64,000 bases of DNA from Candidatus Bathyarchaeota archaeon (GTDB lineage Archaea > Thermoproteota > Bathyarchaeia > 40CM-2-53-6). The stretch is from NCBI GenBank assembly GCA_963733055.1, contig CAVTBR010000001.1, forward strand, positions 1,312,001 through 1,376,000, written 5' to 3'. The position numbers and the translations under genes were made by a program. Below, piece after piece: positions 40,121 through 50,148 of the stretch. How positions within the stretch are numbered: position 1 is the stretch's first letter; each line of letters opens with the position of its first letter. A model generated the notes under the pieces. That model was not told where the DNA came from, made no database searches, and saw nothing but the letters and a program-made list of their open reading frames with translations.

Positions 40121-40654
40121 CTAATACCAGTGACTTCGACTTCGGGTGTGGCCATTCCGTTTAGGGTTAACATTACGTTTGAAGAAATGTTCGATTGCTA
40201 TCGAAGTACACATGGCCGCGCCGACCCCGAAAAGGACGCCGAACGGTCCGCCGAGAATGAAGCCTAAGAAAACGAAGAGAATTCCAAGAAGGGTGAATCT
40301 TGCAATTCTTGACAACGTGTACTTAGTTTCACCAATTTTGGGTTCCTTTCCGGTGATTAGCGTGTGCGTTACGAAGGCTAGCGATTGGATTGCTAACGCC
40401 AGAATCCAAAACGCCGGATCCCTAGTTTCTGCAGTGACGATTCCTTGAGGAATGAGCCACAGATATTCGATGATTAATGCAATCGCACCACTAAGAAGCA
40501 GCTCACTAAAGAAACCAAGACCAACGAAGGTGGCCAGATTCCCTCCTCCCATACTCACGCTTTGTTCCGAATTGAGCGAGGCTAGGCAATTTGGGCAGAA
40601 GCTATACGCTTCACTTACTTTCATTCGGCACTTCTTACATTGGATTAGCCGCAT
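40121..40654 (-). CDS. Zinc-ribbon membrane protein
   Basis: CKKC...FCPNC followed by about 4 TM helices. Confidence 0.65.
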   Translation of the reverse strand: MRLIQCKKCRMKVSEAYSFCPNCLASLNSEQSVSMGGGNLATFVGLGFFSELLLSGAIALIIEYLWLIPQGIVTAETRDPAFWILALAIQSLAFVTHTLITGKEPKIGETKYTLSRIARFTLLGILFVFLGFILGGPFGVLFGVGAAMCTSIAIEHFFKRNVNPKRNGHTRSRSHWY

Positions 40655-40825
40655 CCGGTGACCTTCCCTTCAAGTTTCTTCTGAGACGTTCTGAATTAAG
40701 GCTAGCCGCACGTTCAGATCCTCAACCTCACGACGCCTGAAAACAGTTAGGGAAACTGCAGATATTTTCCAAGCAAAGAGAACTTGCAAAATGCTTTTGA
40801 TAGCGTCCGGGAGTCTCAGGAGCTA

Positions 40826-40985
40826 GGGCCCGTAGCTCAGTCAGGTAGAGCATCGGTGACGCCGTGTGGCGTTGGTGAGGCTTTTACCTCTGGGCGATTC
40901 GAACCCATGGGAAGCCACCCGAAAAGCTCGGCTTAGAAGCCTTCTTGGGGAAGGGTCCCGGGTTCAAATCCCGGCGGGCCCGCCA
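40826..40985 (+). tRNA. tRNA-Lys(TTT) with three introns (30/31, 37/38, about 43/44)
   Basis: Introns 40857-40879 (23 nt), 40887-40916 (30 nt), 40923-40952 (30 nt); mature 77 nt with TCGGG-CT-TTT-AA-CCCGA arm; third boundary uncertain by 1-2 nt. Confidence 0.87.
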
Positions 40986-41132
40986 CGACCGTGTCGCTGA
41001 ACCGGACCCACGGCGTGAAGCTGAAACTAAAGTTAGCCTCTCTACTCCGCTCTGAGCAACAGGCGACAGTAGGTGTCGGACCATTGTTACAAAGTGTAAG
41101 GCTAAGATTCGTTGAAACGAGAAGCGGATAGT

Positions 41133-41297
41133 CTAGAGGTCTTCAGGCCTCAGGGTCTTCCTGCCATTTGCTTTCGCTCTGGCTACTGCTTTTGCCAATT
41201 CATCGGCAAGATGTTTGTCCAATGCTTTGAAGAAATCTCCAGAAGCCCTCATACCTTTCAATCGACTTCGTACTGCTGATTTTACGACTAATGCCAT
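41133..41297 (-). CDS. Short histone-fold protein (DUF1931 / face-to-face histone-like), 54 aa (not in ORF track)
   Basis: MALVVKSAVRSRLKGMRASGDFFKALDKHLADELAKAVARAKANGRKTLRPEDL with RKTxxxxD clamp; AAGGAG RBS. Confidence 0.9.
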   Translation of the reverse strand: MALVVKSAVRSRLKGMRASGDFFKALDKHLADELAKAVARAKANGRKTLRPEDL

Positions 41298-41436
41298 TTC
41301 ATCTTACTCCTTATCTTATGAAAATGAGGAGAAAGACGCTGTATAAAGGCGATTTGGACAGTTCCACATTACAACTGGCCCTGGCGTAAGAGATTGCTTT
41401 ATTCTAAGTAATTAGTGGTGTAAAGAGGGACAGGGC

Positions 41437-41820
41437 ATGATCTTCAACGAGGAAGCAGTCGAAATAATTGAAGGAAAGAATTTTGCATACCTGGCTACGT
41501 CGATGCCTGATGGCTCTCCGCACGTATCCCCAGTATGGATTGATCGCGATGGAGACACGCTTTTGGTAAACACTGTTCCTGGAAGGATTAAACAGAAGAA
41601 TATTTCAAGAGACCCAAGAGTGGCAATCAGCATGACCCAAGAAAAAAACCCCTACAGACATCTGTTCATAAGAGGAAAAGTCATCGAACAAACGAAGCAA
41701 GGAGCCTTAGACCACATTAATCGCTTGGCCAGAAAATACCTCGGCAAAGACTACCCGTGGAACGATAGAAACAGAATCATACTCAAAATCGAGTCAAAAT
41801 CCGTAACCATCGTTTCATGA
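41437..41820 (+). CDS. PPOX-class F420-dependent oxidoreductase
   Basis: LATSMPDGSPHVSPVW, KQKNISRDPRVAI. Confidence 0.88.
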   Translation: MIFNEEAVEIIEGKNFAYLATSMPDGSPHVSPVWIDRDGDTLLVNTVPGRIKQKNISRDPRVAISMTQEKNPYRHLFIRGKVIEQTKQGALDHINRLARKYLGKDYPWNDRNRIILKIESKSVTIVS

Positions 41821-41892
41821 CCAACCCCGCCTCCATCTCTGGCCGTAAATCAAAACGAACCCTTATCCTCACCCCTAAGGAAGGATGCCTAA

Positions 41893-42864
41893 ATGAAAGC
41901 TGTCGTGTACACAAGCTACGGGTCTCCGGATGTTCTTCAGCTCAAGGAGATAGAGAAACCGACATCCAAGGACGATGAAGTACTGGTCAAAGTTCACGCG
42001 GCGTCCGTGAACGCAGCTGACCTGCATTTCCTGAGAGGTAAGCCGTTCTTGATACGGCTAATGGGCTTTGGGCTTCTAAGACCAAAAGGCAAGATACTCG
42101 GATCTGACATTGCGGGGCGAGTTGAAGCGGTTGGCAGAAACGTAAAACAGTTTCAGCCGGGTGATGAGGTGTTCGGGGACTTGTTCGAGTGTGGTAGGGG
42201 AGGCTTCGCCGAGTACGTATGTGCCCGTGAAAATGCGTTGGCATTGAAACCGACGAACATATCGTTCGAGGAAGCGGCGGCTGTACCTATGGCGGCAGTC
42301 ACCGCCCTGCATGGTCTTCGCGATAAAGGGCAGATTCAGCAGGGGCAGAAGGTTTTGATTAATGGCGCTTCTGGCGGTGTTGGTACGTTTGCGGTGCAGA
42401 TCGCCAAATCGTTCGGGGCTGAAGTGACTGGTGTGTGCAGCACGAGGAATTTGGACATGGTGCGTTCGTTCGGCGCGGACCAGGTGATTGATTACAGCAG
42501 GGAAGATTTCACAAAGAATGGGCAGCGTTATGACCTGATTCTTGCTGCTAACGGGTATCATTTGATTTTCGATTACCAGCGTGCGTTAAGTCCCAAGGGA
42601 ACTTATGTCGCGACCGGAGGTTCGATGCCTCAACTGTTCCAAGCAATGCTCCTGGGACCGTGTATTTCAATGACCGGGAGTAAGAAAATGGGCAACCTGA
42701 TTTCGAAACCAAACCAGAAAGATTTGATTTTCATGAAAGGGCTTCTTGAAACCGGCAAAGTAAAACCCGTTATAGAAAGACGTTACAAGTTAAGTGAGGC
42801 TGCTGAAGCTCTCCGGTATCTCGAAGAAGGACACGCCCAAGGAAAAGTCGTCATCACTATGTGA
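41893..42864 (+). CDS. NAD(P)-dependent alcohol dehydrogenase / quinone oxidoreductase (MDR family)
   Basis: GSDIAGRVEAVG, GASGGVGTFAVQIAK. Confidence 0.9.
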   Translation: MKAVVYTSYGSPDVLQLKEIEKPTSKDDEVLVKVHAASVNAADLHFLRGKPFLIRLMGFGLLRPKGKILGSDIAGRVEAVGRNVKQFQPGDEVFGDLFECGRGGFAEYVCARENALALKPTNISFEEAAAVPMAAVTALHGLRDKGQIQQGQKVLINGASGGVGTFAVQIAKSFGAEVTGVCSTRNLDMVRSFGADQVIDYSREDFTKNGQRYDLILAANGYHLIFDYQRALSPKGTYVATGGSMPQLFQAMLLGPCISMTGSKKMGNLISKPNQKDLIFMKGLLETGKVKPVIERRYKLSEAAEALRYLEEGHAQGKVVITM

Positions 42865-42983
42865 GTCGTTTCCGGGTATGTCCTGCTAGATAATTTATTA
42901 TGAAAAGCGGCACACGTGCGGTACTTCGGCAAAACGTGGCAAGGTATCTGTTCGAATCTCTAGGTTTATCGTAACCGGCTTCC

Positions 42984-43739
42984 ATGCAACCGCGACCAAC
43001 ATTGCTCAAGCCAGCCGTCATTGTCGCAGTTCTCCTCATAGCCAGCCTCGTGGTCGGCTGGACCTTAGTAGAACCCATTTTCGACCATCGTTCGAACCAA
43101 ATAACGGTGGCAGGGAGCCTGTTGCCAGGAGTTGAGGCTGGTTGCGTACTCCTTCAAACCGACGATGGGACACAGTACCTACTAACTGGTTCAACCAACT
43201 ACCCTCTCTTCGGCACGAGAGTTTCTGTGACGGGTTACTTTGAGAACGATGTAGCGAGTTACTGTATGCAGGGTAAAGAAACGATCCACGTTCTCTCGAT
43301 TTCCACACTATCGCCAACCACGATGCCTTCCATCAGTTATGGCACGGGAACGCAGTCAAGCGTAACCGTAATCAGCGTTTCCACGCAACAGTCAACAACG
43401 ATTAGCGGCGTACCAACCACGGTCGCTGGGTACATTTACACCGTCGTGGAAAATCCGCAGTGCTACCCGCAATGTGGCGCCCCTTCATTCCTTCTCACCT
43501 ATCTTTACGTTCCACCCGGAACCGGGTGCACGGGCGGTATGGGGTGTTACCCTGCTCCAGAATACTATAAGCTCCTAAACAGTGACGGCAGGCCATTCGT
43601 GCCAATCGCCCCGAACGGGACCCGCGTCAGCCGACTAACGGGCCTCCTGGTCACGCCGTCATCTTGGACCTGCGGAGCGTTCTACGTTCCCAAAATCTGT
43701 ATGCTCGGCGACATATACGTCCAAAGCCTACAGTACTAG
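42984..43739 (+). CDS. Membrane-anchored secreted Cys-rich hypothetical protein
   Basis: N-terminal TM; GVEAGC...YCMQG domain; Thr/Ser linker; Cys-rich second domain. Confidence 0.6.
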   Translation: MQPRPTLLKPAVIVAVLLIASLVVGWTLVEPIFDHRSNQITVAGSLLPGVEAGCVLLQTDDGTQYLLTGSTNYPLFGTRVSVTGYFENDVASYCMQGKETIHVLSISTLSPTTMPSISYGTGTQSSVTVISVSTQQSTTISGVPTTVAGYIYTVVENPQCYPQCGAPSFLLTYLYVPPGTGCTGGMGCYPAPEYYKLLNSDGRPFVPIAPNGTRVSRLTGLLVTPSSWTCGAFYVPKICMLGDIYVQSLQY

Positions 43740-43874
43740 TGATTCATAGGGACACTCTCGTCTGTAGCTCTCACTCTATTTGCGGGTCTTTCCACTCCGA
43801 GTATGTTCTATAGAATATGGGCGGTAAATGCCGCAGGCTTAAGAGAACTCGCAACCTCATCCTCGCGTTTAACA

Positions 43875-44222
43875 TTGCACTATCTCGTGGTTGACTACAG
43901 CAAATGCGACGGGGACGGAGCATGCATCAACAGTTGCCCCGGTTCAGTCTTTGAGCACTCAAAGAACGGGGGGTGGTGCAAGCCAATGGACGGTTTTGTG
44001 AAGAACACCCCAGCGCTCGAAAGCTTCCATGAACGTGTTATGTCGTCTCCCAAGCCAGTCAACCTCACGATCAGGTACCACGTACCCGAATGCTTCCTTT
44101 GCTGGCAGTGCATCGGCGCCTGCCCAAGGCAAGCTATCGATGTGGAATACGACGACCTCGACGTTCGAGAATACATCCTGCCAGTAACGACCAAGGATCC
44201 ATGTCTGGTGGTGTCACCTTGA
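43875..44222 (+). CDS. 4Fe-4S ferredoxin
   Basis: CDGDGACINSCP and CFLCWQCIGACP. Confidence 0.85.
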   Translation: MHYLVVDYSKCDGDGACINSCPGSVFEHSKNGGWCKPMDGFVKNTPALESFHERVMSSPKPVNLTIRYHVPECFLCWQCIGACPRQAIDVEYDDLDVREYILPVTTKDPCLVVSP

Positions 44223-45823
44223 CGGATACTAGGATCTCACAACACCCAGTACTCAAGTTCGACCGCGGAAACAAAGTTACATTCTCCTTTGAAGGCAAAC
44301 CAATAGAAGCGTATGCCAATGAAACTGTGGCCGCTGCACTTTACGCAAAAGGATTGCGAATCTTCAGCCGCAGCATGAAATACCATCGCCCAAGAGGATT
44401 CTTCTGCGCCATCGGACGCTGCTCAGCGTGCATGATGACGATCGACGGCGTCCCGAACGTTCGTACGTGCATGGTCAACGTGAAGGAGGGCATGAAAATC
44501 TCGCGCCAGAACGGTTTCCCAAACGCCGACCACGACCTCCTATCCTTGATGGACAAGATGGGTTTCTACTTCTCATTGGCGTCGGGGTTCTACCACCGAA
44601 AAATGATCCACCCCTCCTTCCTAAGAGAAACCTACCTCAGAATCCTAACGAGGTTCGTTGGACTAGGCCACCTACCATCCAAAGGCTCGGTCGGGAAACC
44701 TGAGAACTCAAAGGTTTCAGTGAACGCGGATGTTGTCGTAATCGGAGGAGGCCCCGCCGGCCTAACGGCCACACTTGAGGCGGCTAAGAGGTGCGGAAAA
44801 GTCGTCCTTATTGACGATAAGAGAATGCTCGGCGGACAACTGGTCAAGCAGACTCATCGGTTCTTCGGAGACGCACGACACTACGCAGGCGTCAGAGGGA
44901 TACGGATAGCCGGGAAGTTGACGGAACGGATCCGCGGAGACCAGAAGATCACAACCTACCTCGGCTGCGACGTATTCGGCATTTACACTGGCCACGTTGT
45001 GGCGGCTGCGCAGGAAAACCGATTACTGAAGATTCACGCCAAGAAGATCATCATAGCTACTGGCGCGTATGAGAGAACACTGCTCTTCGAGAACAACGAT
45101 TTGCCGGGAGTATACGGAGCCGGCGGGGTTCAAACCCTGATGAATACTTACTCCGTCAAACCAGGCGAGAAAGCGCTTGTTGTCGGTGCGGGAAACGTCG
45201 GTCTCATCCTATCCTATCAACTGCTACAAGCGGGAGTAAACGTCGTTGCGATCGTAGAGGCCCTTCCCAAAATCGGCGGGTACCTAGTTCACGCATCCAA
45301 AGTCCGACGTCAAGGAGTTGAGATCCTCACCTCGCACACAGTCGTGAAAGCGATTGGACGGAAAAAAGTTCAGGGAGCAATGATCGCCCGGATTGACAAA
45401 TCATTCAACCCAATTCCTGGAACCGAACGGAAGATCGATTGCGACATCATCTGCATAGCAGTCGGCCTCACGCCCACCTACGAGCTCGCCTCCCACGCAG
45501 GCGCGCAGCTACAACTTGTTCCGGAACTTGGAGGGTTCGTGGCGCGCAGGACGAAGTACATGGAAGTGTCTGATGGAGTCTACGTGGCGGGTGACGTTTC
45601 GGGGATCGAGGAAGCCACCACCGCTATGCTCGAAGGACAGATCGTCGGGGTACACGCATCTCTCACAGCCGGACTCGGACTTCCGGGAGATGAGGAACAG
45701 TTGGAGGCCTGGATCAAGAGGTTGGATGATGATCGGTCGGGCCCATTCGGCGAGAAGATTCGCAAAGGATTAGAGAACATCAAGCTACCAGAGGTTATGA
45801 AAATTGGAGAAGCAGTACCTTAA
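44219..45823 (+). CDS. Dye-linked L-proline dehydrogenase / sarcosine oxidase alpha-like subunit
   Basis: RSMKYHRPRGFFCAIGRCSAC...C 2Fe-2S; IGGGPAG; ATGAYER; VVGAGNVG. Confidence 0.88.
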   Translation: MTDTRISQHPVLKFDRGNKVTFSFEGKPIEAYANETVAAALYAKGLRIFSRSMKYHRPRGFFCAIGRCSACMMTIDGVPNVRTCMVNVKEGMKISRQNGFPNADHDLLSLMDKMGFYFSLASGFYHRKMIHPSFLRETYLRILTRFVGLGHLPSKGSVGKPENSKVSVNADVVVIGGGPAGLTATLEAAKRCGKVVLIDDKRMLGGQLVKQTHRFFGDARHYAGVRGIRIAGKLTERIRGDQKITTYLGCDVFGIYTGHVVAAAQENRLLKIHAKKIIIATGAYERTLLFENNDLPGVYGAGGVQTLMNTYSVKPGEKALVVGAGNVGLILSYQLLQAGVNVVAIVEALPKIGGYLVHASKVRRQGVEILTSHTVVKAIGRKKVQGAMIARIDKSFNPIPGTERKIDCDIICIAVGLTPTYELASHAGAQLQLVPELGGFVARRTKYMEVSDGVYVAGDVSGIEEATTAMLEGQIVGVHASLTAGLGLPGDEEQLEAWIKRLDDDRSGPFGEKIRKGLENIKLPEVMKIGEAVP

Positions 45824-46301
45824 CGACGGCATCGTTGGGCTAGACGATCTAGCCACTTTCAACTTAGTACCTCCCACTGAACGGCTGAGGGAGAAGAGGC
45901 CAGTAGCAATGATCGAGTGCATTCAGGAAATTCCATGCAATTCCTGTGTCATGGCATGCAAGCTTGGCGCTATACAAATGGCGAAGATCAACGACATTCC
46001 ACGAGTCGATTACAACAAATGCACAGGATGCATGGCCTGCGCGATGGTATGCCCCGGCCTCGCCGCATTTCTCCTGAGGGAGGGGGATGGCGTTGGGCAG
46101 GTTACCTTGCCCTACGAATTTCTACCGGTCCCGAAAACCGGAGACCAAGTCACGGCTCTGAACAGAAAAGGGACAGTTCTCGGGCCGAGTAAGGTGGCAC
46201 GAGTACTTCCACCCGAACGCAACGACGGGACGGCGTTGGTCACGATTGAGGTTCCAAATGAATGGGTCCTTGAGGCTAGGGCGATTAGGGCAGGTGTGTA
46301 A
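45804..46301 (+). CDS. 4Fe-4S ferredoxin subunit of the proline/sarcosine dehydrogenase complex
   Basis: ECIQEIPCNSCVMAC; CTGCMACAMVCPG. Confidence 0.88.
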   Translation: MEKQYLNDGIVGLDDLATFNLVPPTERLREKRPVAMIECIQEIPCNSCVMACKLGAIQMAKINDIPRVDYNKCTGCMACAMVCPGLAAFLLREGDGVGQVTLPYEFLPVPKTGDQVTALNRKGTVLGPSKVARVLPPERNDGTALVTIEVPNEWVLEARAIRAGV

Positions 46302-46304
46302 GCG

Positions 46305-46574
46305 ATGGGAAAGAAGTTCGTTTGTTTCTGTGAAGACCTGACGGAGGAAGACGTGCTGGAAGCCATACACCTGGGCTACGATGACATTGAGAGCCTGAAG
46401 AGATACGCCGGATTCTCCACAGGCCCATGCCAAGGCAAAACATGCATGCTCCAAGTCCTTAGACTACTCGCTTCCCAGAAGCACTTGAAACCCTCCGACC
46501 AACACCTGACAACTCAAAGACCATTGCTCGACCCGATTCGGCTCGGTGTCTTAGCGGGGAGTGGTGGAAAGTGA
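46305..46574 (+). CDS. BFD-like (2Fe-2S) small subunit
   Basis: CFCEDL...LKR...GPCQGKTC...RPLLDP. Confidence 0.88.
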   Translation: MGKKFVCFCEDLTEEDVLEAIHLGYDDIESLKRYAGFSTGPCQGKTCMLQVLRLLASQKHLKPSDQHLTTQRPLLDPIRLGVLAGSGGK

Positions 46575-47665
46575 AGGTCGTAGTCGTTGGCGCGGGAATA
46601 CTGGGCCTGAGTATTGCCTACAACCTCGCCAAACGCGGCGCCGACGCAACCGTCATCGAAAAGCAGTATCCAGGAAGTGGGCTGAGCGTAAGGGCGATTG
46701 GCGCGGTCCACTCACAATGGAAGAACGAGCCCGACATCAGACTTGCCAAGAAAAACCGGGAATTACTGAATCATCTCTCGGCCGAACTCAACTTCAACAT
46801 TCCATTCCGCCGTGACGGACACCTCATGGTTGCAACCGACAAAGAACAGCTTGGGGAACTTGAGTACGGCGCGAAGCTTCAACGCTCACTAGGCGTTGAC
46901 ACACGTGTTCTGACGGCTGAGGAGATTGGAAGTCATTACCCATTTCTGGACGTATCCTCTATCATTGGAGGTACTTTCTCGAAGGGGGACGGCCCCGTGC
47001 ACCCCTTCTCGATTGTGGACGGATTCTGGAACGGCCTTGAAAGGCACAAAGGCAGATTGACCAAGCCCACAACCGTAACTGCACTCCACGCCAAAGATCA
47101 CCGAATCTCTTCGGCTGAAACCAGCAATGGCCCGGTCGAGGCGGATGCCTATGTGGTTGCGGCTGGTACAGGGTCTCGGGAAATACTTCGAACCGTCGGA
47201 CTTGACGTTCCTACGGAACTCATGAAGCAAGAGATGCTTGCAACCGAACCCCTAAGATTCTTCCTAGGCCCCATGATCCAAGAATACCCTGACGGGATCT
47301 GTTTCACGCAAAGCCTTCGCGGAGAAATAGTCTGCGAACTCCCCACGACCTGGGAGGGCGTACGCAAGGACAATTCAACCACCCTCGAATTCCTAGAAAA
47401 GGTCGCGGCCGAACTCATCCGCTTCATGCCCGCCTTGCGGGACGTGAAAGTGCTTAGGCCTTGGGCGGGACTAGTCGAGACAACCCGCGACTCCGAACCT
47501 GTCGTGGGGAGACATGGCTATGATAATCTCTGGGTTGCCTTTGCAGATTCAGGCAAGGCTGTAATGTTCGCGCCTGTGATCGGGGAATTGATGGCTGAAC
47601 AGATCATGTCCGGGCGTACAAATGCTGATCTGGAAACCTATTCGCCAGACAGATTGCTTCACTAG
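46571..47665 (+). CDS. FAD-dependent oxidoreductase (proline dehydrogenase / sarcosine oxidase beta-like, DAO family)
   Basis: VVVVGAGILG; RPWAGL; last gene of the four-gene operon. Confidence 0.88.
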   Translation: MKVVVVGAGILGLSIAYNLAKRGADATVIEKQYPGSGLSVRAIGAVHSQWKNEPDIRLAKKNRELLNHLSAELNFNIPFRRDGHLMVATDKEQLGELEYGAKLQRSLGVDTRVLTAEEIGSHYPFLDVSSIIGGTFSKGDGPVHPFSIVDGFWNGLERHKGRLTKPTTVTALHAKDHRISSAETSNGPVEADAYVVAAGTGSREILRTVGLDVPTELMKQEMLATEPLRFFLGPMIQEYPDGICFTQSLRGEIVCELPTTWEGVRKDNSTTLEFLEKVAAELIRFMPALRDVKVLRPWAGLVETTRDSEPVVGRHGYDNLWVAFADSGKAVMFAPVIGELMAEQIMSGRTNADLETYSPDRLLH

Positions 47666-47735
47666 CTCCGTGTACTCCACCAACAAAACTTAGCTAACGA
47701 CCCTGAAGATGCACTCAACGGGCGAACCGAGGACT

Positions 47736-48248
47736 TTAGGCCCTCAGCCGCGTTTTCAATTTAGGCAACTTCCCTAATTGCTTGGTTCTCCACAGCTGGC
47801 ATACAAAGAGCAAGACATACAGGATCACTGACACTATCATCAGATCAAATACCGGTTTTGAGAGAAATATCGCAGCGCTGATTGAAGTGAGTGCAAAATA
47901 TGGAAAGGGCAGGACATAGTCAAAAACGACTGGTGCCCCAAATCTAAGATTGACATACGCCATGAACAATGAACCGAACACCCCCAAACCTAACCCAGCG
48001 TATACGCCTGAAAGATCTCCTCTGAGTTCAAGAAGAAGGGCGACTATTGTCATGAGGGTTAAGATCACAACCCATTTCCTTTCAGAATTTGGAAACCCCG
48101 TCGTGAGTTTCAACTCTGCCCAGAAAAAGTACCAAGCGATGAGACTGAGTGACGTGAACAAAACCAATAGTGAGAGAGGAGTTGGTAGGAAATATCCGAT
48201 GGCAAGGCCCAACAGGATGCTGACCGCCATGAAGGTCGGAGGCAACAT
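47736..48248 (-). CDS. Hypothetical multi-pass membrane protein
   Basis: About 6 hydrophobic helices. Confidence 0.55.
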   Translation of the reverse strand: MLPPTFMAVSILLGLAIGYFLPTPLSLLVLFTSLSLIAWYFFWAELKLTTGFPNSERKWVVILTLMTIVALLLELRGDLSGVYAGLGLGVFGSLFMAYVNLRFGAPVVFDYVLPFPYFALTSISAAIFLSKPVFDLMIVSVILYVLLFVCQLWRTKQLGKLPKLKTRLRA

Positions 48249-48348
48249 GCAGTTACGAACCAATCAGTAACGCCTCGCTGGATAGCAATTATGGTTGTCA
48301 AGAATTCACCTTTAATCCATTCTCACTTAACTTCAAAAATGACCTCTA

Positions 48349-48876
48349 ATGGAGTTCGTTGAAGTTCTAACTCAGAGACGTTCCATCCGCGCCTACAAGT
48401 CTCAGACTGTTGAAGAAAGCAAGCTGAAACGTATCTTTGATGCGGTGAATCTTGCTCCTTCCGCAGGAAACCTGCAAGCATTTCAAGTTAAGGTGGTTCG
48501 AGATCAAGCTAAGATAACCGCTCTGGCCAAGGCGGCCTATGATCAAGGGTTCATAGTGCAGGCGCCCATCTGCTTGGTCTTCTGTGCGGACCCGGAACGC
48601 TCCGCAGAGCGATATGGTGAGAGAGGTTCGGAGCTTTACAGTGTGCAGGATGCGACGATTGCTGGGACATTCGCCATGCTGGCAGCGGTAGACCTCGGCT
48701 TGGCGACTGTCTGGGTTGGGGACTTTGACGAGGAGAGAGTGCAACAGATTTTGGGTCTTAAGTCGCTACGCCCCGTGGCTATGTTCTCGCTAGGGTACGC
48801 GGCTGAGCAGCCGCCGGCCGCGCCGAGAAGAGCTCTTGAGGAAATTTTTTCGGGAGACTTTCCACAAACCGACTAG
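48349..48876 (+). CDS. Nitroreductase family protein
   Basis: RRSIRAY, APSAGNLQ, GLATVWVG. Confidence 0.9.
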   Translation: MEFVEVLTQRRSIRAYKSQTVEESKLKRIFDAVNLAPSAGNLQAFQVKVVRDQAKITALAKAAYDQGFIVQAPICLVFCADPERSAERYGERGSELYSVQDATIAGTFAMLAAVDLGLATVWVGDFDEERVQQILGLKSLRPVAMFSLGYAAEQPPAAPRRALEEIFSGDFPQTD

Positions 48877-48999
48877 CGATCCTGCGACTTGAGGAATGTT
48901 GTGGCTGGGCGGAGAGGGTTCTAACATGTTGGGATAGCTTATTCGCGGCTGCCTCGTTCTGAATATACTCAGGTCGTTGATGTTCGTGGTGTTCTACCA

Positions 49000-49593
49000 A
49001 TGGATGAGATGCGTAATCCCCTGAGTGGCAAGATCAGAGAGAGTGGCATGCCCTCAGAGAAGATTTGGGGCGCCTTCTTCGATGTTGAAGAAATCTTGAA
49101 TCAAATGCAGATGAACTCTCAGGTGGTTGATGCGGCCGACTTCGCCTGTGGCTATGGTACATTCTCGATTCCAACCGCTCAACGAATAGCGGGAATACTC
49201 TACGCGGTAGACATCGACCCTGCGGAGACACATGCGGTTGAGGATAAATCACGTAGTTTGAAGTTGAGTAACGTGCGTACTATAGTCAGAGACCTATTGC
49301 GTGACGGTTCAGGCTTGGAGGACGTGAGTGTGGATTATGTGATGCTATTCAACATACTCCACTTCGAAGAACCTCTTGTTCTACTACGGGAAGCGTTTCG
49401 GGTTCTCAGGCAGAACGGACGAGTCGGCATTATCCACTGGATACGTAATGCTAACACACCTCGGGGTCCTCCGTTAGAAATGCGCCCCACAGCGAAACAA
49501 TGCAAAGACTGGTGCCGTCAGGTAGGCTTCGTGGGTTCAGCCGTGTCTATCGAACTACCCCCATATCACTTCGGGTTCATAATGAGCAAGTGA
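49000..49593 (+). CDS. Class I SAM-dependent methyltransferase
   Basis: DFACGYGTF, LFNILH, PRGPP. Confidence 0.88.
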   Translation: MDEMRNPLSGKIRESGMPSEKIWGAFFDVEEILNQMQMNSQVVDAADFACGYGTFSIPTAQRIAGILYAVDIDPAETHAVEDKSRSLKLSNVRTIVRDLLRDGSGLEDVSVDYVMLFNILHFEEPLVLLREAFRVLRQNGRVGIIHWIRNANTPRGPPLEMRPTAKQCKDWCRQVGFVGSAVSIELPPYHFGFIMSK

Positions 49594-49640
49594 GGCCTAG
49601 TCTCACGGAATTTTCTGATCTGCAAAAGAGGTTGGTATGG

Positions 49641-50120
49641 TCATCGCCAACGGCCGTAGGCCGGATGGCCTTCTTTAACGGCCACGAAGGTTCCCTTGAA
49701 CCTCGCTGTAATCTTCCCCGCGGCCTCAAGCGTAGTTTCGACAATGGCCTTGTTGTCTGACAATTCAACTACCTTAGACACAAAATGTAAGGTACTAGCA
49801 CTCGGGGTTGGGCTAAGGTGGCTAACACAGTACTCCGCGGTAACCGTTCCCGGCGCAGTTGCAAGACCTTTCCTCTTCATGAGGCTGTAGGCTGCCGCCC
49901 AATTGCTGTGGCAATCGAACAATACGCCGATGATTCCACCATTCACGTATCCTTCGAACGCCTCGTAGTACGCTTCAGGTTTCCAATCCGCAACTATTAC
50001 GCCATCCGCTACGTAGCTGCGAATATGCAGCCCACGGGGGTTCGCGGGACCGCATCCAAAGCACCGTCCATTGGGTGCATAGATCTCCTGAAGACTTCGC
50101 TCACTCCCTGACCTATTCAC
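49641..50120 (-). CDS. PaaI-family hot-dog thioesterase
   Basis: CFGCGPANPRGL, NGGIIGVLFDCH. Confidence 0.88.
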   Translation of the reverse strand: MNRSGSERSLQEIYAPNGRCFGCGPANPRGLHIRSYVADGVIVADWKPEAYYEAFEGYVNGGIIGVLFDCHSNWAAAYSLMKRKGLATAPGTVTAEYCVSHLSPTPSASTLHFVSKVVELSDNKAIVETTLEAAGKITARFKGTFVAVKEGHPAYGRWR

Positions 50121-50148
50121 GATCGGAGACTTCCGTAGCTGCAAACGG

